The position numbers were made by a program, and so were the translations under genes. From Balanoglossus misakiensis (taxonomy: Eukaryota > Animalia > Hemichordata), in assembly GCA_040954595.2 (NCBI GenBank), contig CM082587.2, forward strand, positions 2,757,000 to 2,820,999: DNA of 64,000 nt, in the 5' to 3' direction. Within the stretch, counting starts at the first letter, position 1, and each line of letters opens with the position of its first letter. Shown one piece after another: positions 13,329 through 29,100 of the stretch. The notes beneath the pieces were generated by a model. The model ran no database searches and was not told the DNA's origin. It saw only the letters and a list, made by a program, of their open reading frames with translations.

Positions 13329-15233
13329 TGCTCATATTATATCTAAACACCGAGTTGTAAGTTGTCCCGTACAGGTTTCCGATATTCAAACTTTACTGTT
13401 ACAGGAAGTCGTATCTATTGGCGGTTATATACTCCAAAGACTTCGTATGTAGGGGGAGTGTCAAAGACCACAAACGATCAACCTCGTCGACTATTTGCAG
13501 GGGGCGTAGCATGACAATGAATGGGTATTTCTTTGACAGTATCCAGTCGTCAATGTTTAATGTGGTCTTAATGATGTTTAGGAAATTATTAACTTTGTCA
13601 GAAAGATTAATTATTACGAAAAAAGGAGTATTTCACAACTATCCGTGTAAATGTACTTTATTGTCAATGATGAGATTACCCTTGTCTTTTAGTGAACACA
13701 TTCCAGTCGCACATCGTGCGGTCTACTGAGTTCACCGCTTAACGCGCGACTGACTCTATGTCAAACTTTTTGTGTGGAGCATTCACACGACTCCACAGCA
13801 CCTGAGTTCACCTGAGCCACCCTTTCCGTTACGCTCGCCATTTACAGTAACAACTACTTCGGGGAATCACGCACCGAAGAAATAACCAGATTTAGTTACG
13901 TACGTTTCCTCGGCTGATGATTAACGCGCCGCACGCAGTCTAGACTTACGTGGATATCGCGCAAATGCCTCGGGTAATTAAATTCTCAGAAAAGGTGTTG
14001 TGACAACAACAATGTGCGTATGTCGAGACTCGACGACCTTTGACACCGATCCTTAAAAGGAGACGACAGCGAGAAGAATAGCCCGTGGTGGTTAACTGAA
14101 ATCTGAACAATAGAGAAAAACTTGCGAACAATGGCGACACCTGACTCACTTTCTCGTTGTGATTTGTCAGAATTTGACGTTCACACCTTTCTAGCGGTAC
14201 CATACATCCGAGAGTGTCAATTACTTTACCCTCAGGTCTTTCCCCGTGTCTTCATTCTTGTATAGTTTGAGCCTTTCTCGCAAGTAGGTGGGTCACTGTT
14301 ATTGAAATTTTAGAGTCATTGAAATCCCCATGGTGAGGGCTTGTCGGATATCGGAAGTACAAACTGCTTTTCTTTGTAAAGTTCTAAAATAACTCACGAC
14401 ACAATGGCAATTAATGGAAAAGGTTAGCAATAAAACAACTTAAACATGAAACTTTTTTCTGGAACTACATGTATTGTCTTACACATACACATACACATAC
14501 ACATACGCACCATGTAAAAAGGAGTGAAACAGTGATGTATAAAACACTGGAAACTGTGACACACAAGCTGGAAGATTTAGCTAATGGCTCACACTTTCCA
14601 AAAGTTATTTGTTTCGCGAAGGAGTAATTTTGAGCAAATGTAAAGTAATGATCAGAAAGTACATATGTATATCTATGATTACACATTTGTATGTGCTTTT
14701 AGATCAAAGACGTCCTGAATTTATTCCCCTGCACTTATATCAGTGCATTAACTTTTTTAAAGAAAACGTTGTAGTTTCTATGGCAATAACATACTGGTAC
14801 ATTGTAATAAATAGCTACATTGTACGTAAAGGAAGTATGAGTGGGACTCAGTACACAAACATGAAGCATTGATATTCAGGATGGGGCGATCAGGCTGCAC
14901 TAGAATTACATGCAAAGCTCACTATAGACAGCATTCCTGAGAGGTTGCAATGACCGCTGCCTTGTTACAATACAACAACAACAACCACCACCTTATTTTC
15001 ATAACAACTGACATTGAGGCAAGAATGAATCCGTGAGGGGAGGTTATACACACAGACATCGATCACAGAACACAGTCTACCGTTGAGGAGGCCAAGTAGA
15101 AACTCAAACATTTCTCAAGGAATTGACGAAGGACTGAATACAGACGGAGTAAATGTACATTTCAGGGGAGTGGAGATTTGGTCAATTTTGAAATGAGTTG
15201 GAATAAATAACAGCCATTGTTCATGTTCCTTGA

Positions 15234-15265
<32 letters not shown>
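15234..15265. repeat. (TGTC)8 microsatellite
   Basis: Seen directly. Confidence 0.95.
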
Positions 15266-18200
15266 CGTGCTTCTACTGGTTAGGAAATACACATACTGAA
15301 TTAAATTCTGTAACAATTTTTGCAATCTTGAGCAAATCAGCCATGGGTATTGCATGTACATGTACAGTCATTTCAATTCAGTATCGGTGATAATTGTACA
15401 TTGTATACCATAGAATAGCATCATATTGCTGCTCACAGTTGCAGGTGTTGTACCCCCCTAAATATTGACGCAAGTAAAGTGGTTGGACCCTCCAACCTGT
15501 ACAGACAATCAGCAAACACAGTATAGCACTAAACAAACATAACAGTTACTGGTAGGGGGACTTCTAGACTGCTGACAGATTAGTGGACCCTTATTATATT
15601 TATACAGTAATAAAAGTACAGCTTTTGTGGCACTAATAACACTCAGCTACTTGCTAAATTCATTAATAGGTGTCAATATTTCCAAGTTCAATGTCCAGTA
15701 TTATTCACAGACTAAAGTACAGTGTAAGTTAATAGTTCAGTGGCTATGGAGCAAAAACAACAGAGGACCAGAGACAGTGATTTGATCTGTGTCGCACCAA
15801 ACTTGTCAAAGGCCAACAAGTCTGGTATAAGGGATGGTTAATTTTTACAACGTAGATCTGCTGGCGATCTGCCAATCCCAGTCGCATGCCATGCTGAAAG
15901 TTGCTACTTTGAGTTCAGAGTGTTACTGGTCATATTTTAAGCCCAGCCACTATTAAAACTGGTCTTATTTCTGGTAATCAATTTAACAGCCTCATGGCGA
16001 GCACTCCTGTGATTAACTTGATGGTCTCGTGCCGAGCTGCACAATTTCAAAATTAAAAATATTCCGTTTGACAGAAAGCAATTATCTCTCACCAGGTTGT
16101 TTAAGTTTCTACTGGACAATCTATTTGATGAGAAATTCTCGAGACTCTCCTTTAATAGATAGCTCCTGTGTCATTTCTGAACAAGTGGGATTGGCCACTA
16201 AATTGGCCTAAAATTTCTAAGACCACCATTTTACTTGAGGGGGGGTAGCGAGGTGGCGGGAGTCTGTTTACATGTAAACCAATAGTATAAAAGGCCACTG
16301 CATGAAGGCATCTCAATTGAGCATTTAACTTGTCAGGTTGGACACAGCCAAGCAGTCTGGCTCCGATGATGACAACTCCAAAATCGCGGATGTTTTATGT
16401 TTCCAGTGGCGACTGGATTTCCATCTTTTGTACAGAGAACCACACTTGACTGAAATCAGAGAGACTTTTGAAGTGTCCTCTGTACAGAAACAAGCATCCT
16501 GAAACCATATCCATTGTACATCATGCGTGCATGCTGTAGTCTATGCGCCCCACACAGAGACTTTACTATCAAGTGTTTGTTGCTGGGGGCAAAATTTATC
16601 AAGAAGCATGCAAGTGTTTTTAGTGGGTACATTGTGCCAGGGAATTCTATGTCCACTGTCAGTCAAATTGAGTGAATTCATTACTAAATGTACACAGGAG
16701 AAAAACAATGATAAAATTGTTTCTTCTTGACAGCATACTCAAGACAACCTCACGGAATACTTGCGTCAGAGTGAGATACATCATACGTCAGAGGGAATCC
16801 CTACATTGGAGTGTTGCCTAGGCCAAAAGGCACAGTCTAACAATTACTGATATTTTTATCTCAAAAATTGGCACCAATCATATCCAGGCCATGGTATATG
16901 TAACCACTGACTGTGATGTAACATACCTAAATTCATTGAGGGGTTAATGGACAACTATTTATCACTAGAAATGTTGATATGTATGTAATTATAACCTAGA
17001 AAGTGTTTTTCCAATGAACAGGTTTGATAAGTCAGAGAATTAAAAAATCATTAGAATCTGATCAAGAGCATAGCTAATATTTGCAGTCAATATAGCAAGC
17101 CTTGGAATTGTTTTGACGGGTTTTTGTTCAACTTGACTTTTCACTTCACTTACTATGGCAAAGTAAACGATAGATTTTTACCAAGGTTGTGTCAACTTGC
17201 ACTGGACAATGGAAGAGCAAATATACCTGTAATATTGCACTGTGTGGGCAGATATGAAAAGTCAACTATTTATTGTGGTAATTGATTTTAGATTAAATTG
17301 ACCTTCTTCGGATTTTCTCACTCAATGATAAAATAGCTGTGGCCTCCAGGAGGTCCTTTGAGAGATCTCACTGCTGCAGGTACGCAGACAGGAGTGTTTA
17401 GATCTGGGGGCTGGGCCGCGCCGGGCAGTAACAGAGGTCAATATTGGGTCATGACTGAGAGAGTTGGCAAAACAGATTCGCTTACGACTGTCACCAAATC
17501 ACTCAGAATAAGCTATGTACATCTCCATCCCTACAAAGTCAAGTCTCTAATTCATTCTCAAATGTGAAGCTTCTTTGGACTCTAAAACAGAAGACATCTT
17601 CCTTGCAAGCAAACTACATGACGAGCTACGCAGGATATCAAAGTAACAGTTATCGTAAATCTTATGCTCAACTGTAGAGGGCGAACTGCAGGAGACTGCA
17701 CTGTCATATGGACAATGCTTTTTAAGCAGAGCATGACCCAACAAATGATTCACGCCAACATATTTGTAATGAGTTCAATAGCCAGGGCAAGTGACAGCTG
17801 TTTTTATGATGTCACTTCACGGCAGAGTTTGTGTTTATCTTGTTATAGCAGTCATAATAGAGGCTGTACAGTGAATTATTTCAAATGTCAACTAACTGGG
17901 TGTGTGGTGTCTTTTGTGTTGATAATCGTGTGCATGGGGCTTATACATGTACCAGGTTTTGTCTGTTTCTTATCATGACGTCTGTTTTGAAAAAAAAACA
18001 TTTTGGCAAAGACTTTCAGAGATATTAAACAGATCTTGTTTCATCAATTTGACACCTTTAAAAGTCCGCAGACCACTGAAAATTCTACTAAGTCCAAGTG
18101 AGTGGCTGCAATTGTATCAATGGCAGCTTTTATGAAGCTTAAATGACCAAAAATATTCAATATGGCATTATACAAAAGGAACTGATGTTTTGAAGAAAAA

Positions 18201-21200
18201 AAGTGTTCGTAATTCTGCAATTCTGGCTGAACATGTAGGAGTAATGAAATATGAATATGAACACCAACAAATGGATTTTTCATTAGGGCCAACTGGGGTA
18301 ATACTGGCAGGAACTGCATTCACACAATTTCATGTAGACACACCCATGACCTGGTTTGCAGTGAACAACTTACCAACTAACCAACCAACCAACCAACCAA
18401 GCAGACAGACAGACAGCAACACAATTCACAGAGGCTTTGTCACAGCAGAATATCCACGACGACGAATTTCCAGAGAGAGGCCAGGATTGCAAAAACTCAC
18501 CACCTCAATATAAATGCATAGGGTGTCCAAGGCCTTGCAATTTACATGTGAATAATGAACAATTATCTCAAATCAATCATTAATAGAATTCACTAATTAA
18601 GAGGAAGCCCCCATTAAATTTCCATAGCTAATATTGACTAATCCATTAGAAGTTACACACTAGTGAACTCTCTATACATAAATACAGAACATAAATATTT
18701 ACTTCGTTGTTTCAATTTTCAAAACAAACTTCAACCTTCCTCAATGTAGGTTTATCCTAGTTTTAATAGAAATGTGAGTGAAAAGTTACTGGAAACCCAC
18801 TTGGGTTTTGATTGGGATAGAATTTTGTTGTTACTATTGCCAAATTATCAGCAGACTTTACACATACAGGAAGCTAACTACATATGCATCGGGCACTTTA
18901 TTCACACAAAAGGAAAATATTCAGCAGTTTAATCCTTTCATAAATTTTATTTGGTATGGCCAGACAGCTGAATGAAATTTGATTCCCATTCACACCGACA
19001 TCAGACTTTTCAGGGTGAGGTCATAGGTCATCTGCATCTTTGTGCACTCAAAATACACAGCCATGAGCTGTTCACATTTGTATGCAGACTGGGAAAATAT
19101 TATGTAATTCTACGTGCAAATGTGGAATATGAGATATTGTGAGGGCAGGGCTTACTAATAGACATCACTGAATACCATTGACATTACAATCATGTTTTGA
19201 TGTTGTTACATGTATCTCATGAATAATATTTTACTGTGTTTCAAGCGAGTGAAATATTGCAACTGTATTTAACATTTTTTAATCTCCTGATAACACCCAG
19301 CTCAAATCACCATATGCAGTGATAAGTTCAAAAATGGCCGAAAAGCTAGCGAATATGCATCGATAAATCAATTTGCCTCAAGAAGAGAAAGCAGATGGAA
19401 TGTATTACTTATGTCCACATTGAATATTTCACAAAATGTTCATCTCAAGAGGGAAATTTTTCAAATCAGAGTAACCGTGGGAACCTGTGTCCAGGGGCAA
19501 GGAACTCTAATGAAGTTGGCCTCTCCGATGTCCCTGAATACTTAATGGCAACCTTTGTGCCGTTGGATGCACACAAAAAAAAACCCGGCAAAAACAGTCA
19601 TTTTTTGCTCGTGTGCCAGGCATGGCATATTGTGTTCTTCGTAATTTACGACTGAACTACCAAGTTGTGACAAAGGGCAATTTAGTGCTCAAGAATTAAA
19701 AAATCTCTCTGTAAGAGAGAGTTTAGTCTCTGACAACAGACAGTAACCTGTGAACGATGATTGATGGAACTTAGGTTAGACTTGACTCTGCAGAGTCATC
19801 CATACATCACCCAGCATGTAGTGATTACCGCTGCCTGTGTTGCCATGGCAACAACTGTGTGTGGGAGTGAGGAAGGGGTAGATGAGTTAATCGGAAAATG
19901 ACCAATCACTTGAATTGTTCACAAATTGACCTGTGAAACCATTTTTAAAACGTCCTGTGTCACAAAATGTCTTCAGTTACTCAACTGTAATATTTTATAG
20001 GAGTTAGAAGAGTGAGAACTTCAATGTCAACCACAGAAAGACCTGATTGGAAAACGTTAGATATTTTCAAGTGCCGCTTTTCACATTTTGTGGATTCCGC
20101 ACAGTGATGAAGCCATTTCTTTCTATCGATGCAGACGATAATGGTGACGATGGTGACTCATTCATTTCACATTCAAGCGGCCTTGCCCTTGAGATGGCAC
20201 GCAAGATCACTTCAAAATCACAATTCAGGAAAAACTTAATTCCTAACAACACTGTGATAGTGCGATCTCAGAATTTGACTGTCTAGTCAGATGATGTGAA
20301 TGAACTGAAGATAGTCAAATCCCTCCTCAAACTGAAGTTGTTTCGGCTCCTTTTATGAGACCTAGCGCTGACGATGTATTAGTATGATGATTATCAACAT
20401 GTGATCTGACCGCGTGACATATTTGAATAGAAGTGCTTCATGTACAACCAATGCAACGAACTTCAAGCATGTTTTGGTAGTAACTTCACAACACCATTGT
20501 CATCTTGGCCACTGGGGTCAGAATCAGTTTCACACTACCCTAAACAAACTTGTTTGTTTATTCCTTCCATGCTGTGTTGTTTAAAGCACTTATCAACTGT
20601 TTGTTTGTACTACTTTAATGGGCATTAATTATGCTTGACCTCATCAAAGACTTCTGGCTTGTCAACAAACAGGGAGAGAGGGAGGGAGGGAGGGATGTGC
20701 ACTTTTATTTACTAAGCTGACATACAATTTGAGGTCAGACCATTTTCTCACTCCGGAAATAATAAATTTCATTACATATTTCCTTTCTTTTCTTTTCTAG
20801 GCAGAATTACAGGGCGAAATAAGACCGGGAAAGACTGGCATGAGCTACAGTGCATTCCGGGAAAGCTGGACTGCCCACAATCATGTTTCACATGTGAAGA
20901 CTTTGTACCGACATGCCGGCAATTTGTATCGTACATGTACCACAATGTATGTGAAGAGTCAGGTTTCCACACACTTCTGTCGATCAAAAAGTGAACAGCA
21001 CTCTCGACAGTTTACCTAGTAGCAGGTGCATTGCACGCAGAGAGAAGGGGGGGGGGAGTGAACTGTCACTGGCAAATGTACATTAAGTTTGCATGCTGTG
21101 AAGGTTATTGTTGACGTCAAAACTCCCTGCAGGATGACATTATCTGCACATACTCTTCTCCTGTTTTTTTCTTTCTGAAGCAGCAGCGAGTTTTCAAGGC

Positions 21201-21916
21201 TGAGCCGAAATTCTCTCACCATATACTACACATGCCTATCAAAATCTTCATAATTGCTTTAAGTCACTGCGATATCTCTCCTCATGCTTGAACTTAAAAT
21301 GTTTCAGCTGACATTTCGACTGAAACATTAACAAAGCTACCCACATAAATACGAAACAAATCCCTTAATAATTTCATCTCAGATGGTCCCTTCCCACGCC
21401 CCACAGTAGCTCGCATAACTGTGTAAAATAATCCAGTCTTAAAGCTACACGTACTCCCACATACAAAACTCCTTCAGATTATCGCAACTAATGTTTTTTT
21501 GCGAAACCCCACTACATGTACACCGGACAGTTGTCCTACTTTTTTTTCAATAGAAACTTAACTTAAGGATAGGTTTTATGATTAGAAACTTTCCTTGCAG
21601 CATCCGCTGATAAATTCGCTTTTGATGGCAGAAATGCACTGATAAATCAGACATTTGCAGTACGTTGTGAAACCTCTCACAGCTTTATGAGGTACAGTCT
21701 AATGTCAAAGGTCAACCAGTATCATATGCATGGTCCAGCACTGTTGTTCAACATGTTTTTTTCTGTTTTCCCCAGTCTTTTCTGTATACATGTCCTTTGT
21801 ATCATTTCTACACTGGGTTAGTCCAAATGGTGTGGATAGATATTTCACACATAGGCTGCCTTGCCTGGCATAGAATTAAGCGGGGGATCGAATAGGGATT
21901 CCTGACGGCTACCTAC

Positions 21917-21959
21917 CATGCTTGCAGGATTCAAACCACACGCAGGAATGAATGACCAT
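21917..21959 (-). CDS. Candidate alternative first coding exon: MVIHSCVWFESCKH-
   Basis: gaaATGG Kozak, 14 codons +1 nt, donor ATG|gtaggt (phase 1). CpG-rich leader at 22030-22345 and a TATA-like element at 22347-22353. Confidence 0.72.
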
Positions 21960-24900
21960 TTCCAATACACAGCCGTGCTTTTGACAACTCACTGTCAGAT
22001 CAGCGCATCTACTGCATGGACACAACAAACACACTCGCAATTTTCAAGCTCTAGGCTACGTATCTCGCATGTTACGCACACCGAACAACACTTTTCCGAC
22101 GCCCTTCCAAGCGTGTGTCGCGACCGGTGATTCATAAACATCAGCGCCTAATATTCTGAATACCAACACAGAGAATGTCACATGCAAGTGCTAACTGGTT
22201 GAAAAGCCTTATTGCACCATTCTCTACTTGTACTGACCTGCTCAATTGTTCGACTCCAAAACATACACACACAGATACTCGGCTCCAAGTTACGTATACA
22301 CTCCCGCGCGGCCCGATCACTTCAAAACAAACCCCAACAACACGGGTATATAATTACAACAGCAGACAGTTAAGGGGTGGACACCGACTGCCGGCAGAGG
22401 CTCTGCAGTTGTATGTGCAGTGGCTCAGATGACAAAGACACTGCTTACTCACAATTGCCTATTATCATACCAGCTTATTCATCTGCCCCACTGAATGGGA
22501 AAGGCAGTGAATCACTCGATCACCATGCCTGCCTGCTGTTCACTATTAATGAGCTCATTTGCATTTTTGTGAGGCTTTTATACATTTGGCGAGCGTGCAA
22601 GCCCAACTCTCTCTCTGTTCTTGTTGACTGCATGGGTTTCTGTTCATCTCTCACTGTGTCTGTTAATCTGTCTGTCTATCTACACCATCGCTAGGGGATC
22701 ATGTCCGGGTTTCTTTGTTTATCTGGGTCTCTCTTACGGTATGTCTGTCTGTGTTCATGTTAGGGATTCTGTCTTTGATGTCTGTCTGTGTCTGTCTCAC
22801 CCCCTCTCTCCCACTTTCTGGCGACCCGTCTATCTCTCTCCCCAACTCTCTTGTGCTTGCACACCCTCAAGGTTAGATCACCTCAAGGTCAAGCCACCAA
22901 CAAAAACAATGATGACTTCTTTTTCCCGGTGGATTAATGAGGATCAGGTTGCCTCCTCACGATGTGTTAGTTTACATATAACCGTTTAATTATCCTGCAG
23001 ACAATGAAAGAATCTTCCAGGTATTAATCGCCTAGACCCCCACTTGACAATGAAAGCTCATTCAATTAGTTAATTGTTTTTCTGTGCATTGTCCCGGAAT
23101 GAGATGTTGAACTACAGGGGGCGCTATACGTTCCTGGAACTCTCGCGTCTCGTCTAACTGGAATTTTTACTGAAAACCTGGAAGTTGCAGATATGCCTGC
23201 TGGCATTTTCATTTCAAGCAGAAGTCAATTTACCACACTGGAAATATCATGTGCACTGTCACTCTCAGAGATTACGAAGATTTTCTAATTTGCCTGAAAC
23301 CGCTGCAGATCTGCTTGAAAACACTGATTGATGTCTGGGGCTGAGGGGCGAAAAATCTGTAAAGCTATATAAATAGTCTGCAGTCTGTATCAGCATGGAT
23401 TAAAATCAGAGAAAATTTAATAAAAGAAGCCCAGGTCCCTGTACGTGTTTTTTTTTTTGTCTGGACAACTTGCGAGTACTCACTAATGTCTACATCGGGG
23501 AGTTTAATAAAATCCTTCCAATGAATGTATGCACCTGGCACCAAGCGTTGAAAAGTACATTCCCCCCGGTGATGGATGTCGGCACTGACTCCGATCAAAG
23601 TTTATTGGGTGTTTTTCGACGATGTAACTATATGAGTCATACTTGCACGCAAATATGTTTTGAAACGTCTGCCCTCAGAACTGAATAAAAACATCTGTAA
23701 GGGTACAACGCCCGGTGTATGGTTTCATCTTGTAGGCACAGTGCATGGGGGCACACACACACAACTCCTGAGAGCATGCATGCAACTCTTGGGAACCATT
23801 TTGAAATGCAGTTGGAAACTTGTGAATTATCTGCCAGCGCTGAGGTTATTTACATTATAACATGTGTGAAAGTGACTTCTGACAGTTTAGGAATTTGTTT
23901 TTGCGTCTCACAAAATAGAGTACATGGTGGTGATAAGAGGACCCAGAACGTACCACTTTTGAAGGAAGGGGACTCAGCTTGTTACTCCTGATTAGATTTC
24001 CCCTGTTCTACCAGTGATTTCCCATTGGCAGGCTTCGATTGTTAGTCACTGATTAGCCGGACGTAACGCAATAAAACGGCGAGACAAAATGAAAACGACA
24101 GCCTGCCTATGCCATCCATCTTTATGCATCACTATTAATGCCAAAACCTCTCATAGTACAAAGGGGATTTCATCAGGGACGGGAAATTAACTTGGCAGCA
24201 GAAGTCAATTTGTTGTCGTTCATGAAATTGGGGAGAAATGACACATTCTCAAAATCTGCCCGAATTTGTTAAATGTCAGTTCCCTTGATCTTTGGTAAGA
24301 TCTGTTTGGTTGTTAGTATCTATACCCTTGTTGGCAATGCTGAGAAAAGGCAAGTGTTATACTAGGCTAGTTGTTGCTATGACAACTATGAACAATGTAC
24401 AAGTTTAACCCTCAATATTAATATATATGTATTAGTTACTATGCTAACGCATCCACTAAGCAATTTCCAGTGTATTTACCAATTGACTAATTAAACGACC
24501 ACTGCAGTCAGCTTTTTGGGTTTGGTCTTAGTCAAGAATTTCATCTATCTCAATAAAATGTGCATTAGTCTTATTACATGGCGTCAGGCATATGTAAGTG
24601 CAAACAGAGAATTTAATATGATATTAATTTGCATTTAGAAGTATGATATAATATGCCTTTAGGCGTCCAACACAGTGGTCGGCACAGGCTTTGAAAAAAT
24701 TATCAACAGATCCATTCAGGTTGTCTAGAATCAGCATTCTGGAAGAGCTGACTGTATCAACCCTACTTAATGCTCAGAGTGTAGAATTTCCATCATTTTT
24801 TAAGATTGATAATAAAGAAAACAGAGACAGTATCAGACATGTTGCAGACTCATTATTAGGGATTTTAAAATATTCTCTATCAGGTCTACCGCAATTCTTT

Positions 24901-25778
24901 TACGTTTGATGTTCAATGATTTTAATTCCTCAAAACATTTATACCCTGTTTGGTTCACAGAGGGAGAGCACTTCATATGTTTGCAAGATCTGAGGTTTCT
25001 ATAAAACTCACCGATGGACGAATGATTTCAATACATAAATACCTACCTACCAACATAGGTACACACTCACATGTACATGCATGTACAAATGCCTCCGAGT
25101 GCCTAGAGTACGTACATGGCAAATAGAAACTACTGTAATTACATCAAATTGTGGCTGCTAAAATGGTTTTCGCTGGGGCCACGAACTATGATAAACAGCA
25201 GGCTGACAATTCTGCTAATATCTGAGAACAACTGTTCTGAGAGATGGCATTATGATCAAAAATAAAATAAACGGGCATTGGTGATAAATTGTGCATGAAA
25301 CGACATCAGCATATGCTACTCTGCTGCATGAAGTTTAATGTCAGCGGCCGGGCCTGCACTTTCCTGTTGCTGTGGTAACCACAAATTTACGAACTAATTG
25401 CTCAAACTCAACTTATATGTTATGACACTTAGAACAGGTCAACCATGCGGGGCAGTGCATGACTAAAAGCCTACTCAGCATTTTAAATGTAACGCTAACG
25501 TTCCCTTTGTGCGATCAATAATTTCGTTAAACTAAGTCATTGAGGAGACACGCTGAGGTTCATTGTTATAAACGTGTAAACACGAGTGTTCTTCCAAGTT
25601 GCTAAGAGAAGCCACGTCAGGGCGAGAATGTATGCCATTACAGTTTACGTCTGCAGCTGTTGATGAAACGTGCCCAACAAGCCGACACTTCTCTGAGAGT
25701 TGAGGCTTGCCTGTGCATACTGCAGGCAGCTGGAAAGGAGAAAGAACTCCCAGAGTACTCAATGAACCCTATTGCTCT

Positions 25779-26110
25779 TTACGGTAGAACGTGACTTGGG
25801 GACAGATTTTAGAAAAAAGTCCTCTAAACCTTTCAATTCTTTGCTCTAAAAGCGTATGAGTAGTCTTCTTGAAGGAAAGAAGAAAACCCGGTGTTCAACA
25901 TCTTGTTTTCATAAAGAATGCAATAGTATCTCCATAGCGATATCACAGAGGTTGGCGGCCATTTTGAATTTAAAATTGGAGAGTTTATACTCTATCATTC
26001 ACAATTTTACACGGTGACCCCAAAGTTTCATTCTTAATTATTGACACCCAAAACAAAAATACAGAGAAAAAAGCCCAAAGTTAAGTTGGAGATATCGGAG
26101 TTTTAACATA
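25779..26110. mobile_element. Degenerate non-autonomous DNA transposon (MITE-like, TTAA-type terminus)
   Basis: Starts ttacGGTAGAACG..GGGGACAGAT and contains GGCGGCCATTTTGAATTT and CACGGTGACCCC blocks. These match, from memory only, a TTAAGGTAG-ended repeat family of enteropneust genomes. The right end is eroded. Confidence 0.45.
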
Positions 26111-29100
26111 TTATGACTTTGCCGAGATGATAATGTTTCATAACAGTGCCTGGCCCTTAGTGGCACCACGGGATTGTTAGCTCAGCGGCAAATCATCCCT
26201 GATAATCTGCACAGCACTGGGGTTTGACGTTTTGATAAAAAGCAGATACGAGATGTGACATTTCCAGTAAATGTTAAACTGGAGACATTATCGTCACAAA
26301 AGAAGCACATGACACTGATGTTGAGTGAAGAGGTGCCCACTGAGTTGACTTATAAGTTCAGATGGGGATAAGTGTAATCCGATTTGATAAATATGTACAT
26401 TGTAAAGGGTGTGTGCAGCATGACCGTGGTCATCCTGAAAGCAAGATAATGTGCACACGTCGCTATACATCACTAATCTTCTTATATCCTTCGTCAGAGA
26501 GGATCAGCATAATGAACTTCCACTTGATTGAAACAAGATTAAATAAATCTCGACTCCTATGGGAATGTGCAACTTTTATTTGCAATGTCAAAAATTTTAC
26601 GACCAAAAAAATATTTAGGCAAAACTATCAAATGTGGCATTGAGCTCCTTGTACGTCATCGAGCCTTTTTCTTTATCAGACTTTGAGCTCCGTGTGGGCT
26701 TCATGACGACGGCTCAGCTGGCAAACATTACTCTTATAAATAAATCAATGGAAATATGAATCGTAGAATTGGGAGGATCACTCTTGATTACGAGAGGGGT
26801 GGGTACGACCGGCAGTTTCAATTACAATTCTGGGGGTGTTCTGTGATTGGAGATTCGAGTCACTGCGGGGTTGGCTGCCCCCAAGGGGAAAGAAAAGCTC
26901 CATGTTAAATGCCGAGCCAATATTTGTTCTTTGCGGGATCGTTAGATATAGGTAAATGTCACTCGCAATATATGAGTTGAAATCTTCAGAATTGCACAGT
27001 CATGGAAGCAGAACACAAAAGACATATCCCATCTGTCAAATGAATAAATGATGTGTCTCCACAGGTGAATATTATCTGTTTAAACTTTTAGTGAAGATGA
27101 ATTCTAGAACTTATTTCACCGTAAGGGGAAAATGTCAGTCTCAATCTGTTTCGTTTCTCACAGTGAAGAAAATCGTGGGTGGCACTACATGCAAAACAAA
27201 ATACTGAAAACATAGCAAAAGATACACTAATGAAGCTTTAATATTTGGTGTCTGTGATTTATGAAATGAAAATTTACATCAGAACTAAACCTCACGTGAA
27301 GCACAAATGCAAAAGGATAGCCATATGGTTAAAATATGGGCACCATGGAAACTATCATAATGCTGAGTATGATCTCATATATTTCTTCATCGATATAGCA
27401 TCATTTATAATTTACAATGACACTAAACTAACACTATAAAAGTGGCATTTTGTGATGATTGAAGAAATGAGTTATTAAATAAGGGTCTCCTGTGGGAACC
27501 GACATTGGGAGAAGATCAAACAGGTTTTAGGATCTTCAAGTGTTGGCGCATTTTTCACTGCATCACCTATCAGTGTGTGTAGTATTCACGAGAGACTGAA
27601 CAGACCTATCGGGTTTGTTTTAACTACTCAAGGCGATATCGATGAAGCATAATATCTGAACTAGATGGTAAAGGAGACACAAAAAAGCACTCTGGTTTAT
27701 ATCTAAGAATGTGTTTGTTTTGAAGGGAGACCAGAGAATGAGCCAAACCATTCTGATACTTGGTTGCTATAAAATATACAACAATACGTGAAGGGTTTAA
27801 CGGAAAATGGAGTGATTTCACACAAAAATACATCATGCTCACATCATGATAATATAATCGAACAACACAAAAAACATCCTGTGGCAAATTCATCCCCTGT
27901 CCGAGATTTTCCCCTTCCATAATACTTTGAAATGAAACATCTGCAATTACTCACAGGAAGAAATATGACTTCCATTTCTCAAAGAAATGTTGCTGGTAGT
28001 TAACGCCAAAATCCATTTCCTCAAGTAATCAACCGTACACATTTATTACAGAATGGTGGTTTCAGGGCATTTGCAAAAGATGATGATGCTCACGTATCAA
28101 TCCATATTTTGTGAGTTTGATAAAATAATGTGGCTAAAAACACCAAGTGCTTTTAATACTTTCTGAACTTTAGGAGAGGTTACAGTAATTTATGTAATGT
28201 AAGAAGCAAGTGTTATTAACTGCACGGTGTATGATTTATTTTTTTCCTCATTTCAGAAAACCGTGTCACCGCAATTTTTTTTCTGATTTCAACCCAGAGG
28301 AATACTTTTATCTGAATATTTTTTTTTTCAGTTTATCAGTAGAAATGGCATTTCACATCAGGATTTGAAGGAAACTGCATTAGTCTTCCGTGACTTTCCT
28401 TGAGCGAATGTCATAATGTATCTCCAGGACTTTTTATCATTTTCCGGAAGTGTCCGTCCAATGTGGAAGGTTTGCATTTAATTGCTATATGCCCTGCCAA
28501 AGCCACGTACGTGGATAATTTTGTGTGAGTCAACAGAACAACATATTTGGGTTGCGGTAACCTGTCAAACCCTGAGAATCAAATCAATCATACCTTACAA
28601 TCATGCCAAATTACTTTTCACAAAATGATACCGTTTGCAGCCCACCATATGGTATGCGATCGGAAATCCTATATCTGACGGTCGCAAAGACTGCGTGAAT
28701 CAATTTTCTTTTCACAACACCCTGAGATGCATCCTATGTTTTCACAGACATCACGGATCTTTCAGCGCTTCTAATTGAACTGCTCATCAATTTCACACAC
28801 TGGGTAAAATAATCAATTTGGGTCACTCGACACCCAGTGGGCAGAACGCAGAAAACCTCTTAGGGCAATTCGAGAAATTGAAACAGCGGATTGGACGAAA
28901 TTGGAAATGGATACATACTGCTGGTGACTGATTAGAGAACAACATCACCTGATATGTTTAAGATCCATTTTTTGATAACATAACGCACAAGGAAATTTGT
29001 GAAATAATCATCTTCTGCTCTCTGCACGAAAAAAAGATGGCAGTAATACTTCAGAGGAAAATGTAGTTGACAAGGCAACCAATGCATATTTCTGCTCTCC

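Noticed and set aside
13946-14203. 85-aa ORF MVPLERCERQ... ending at a phase-2 donor (13950)
   Set aside because: Frame-compatible with the 32-nt cassette, but its composition looks non-coding; more likely 5' UTR exons.
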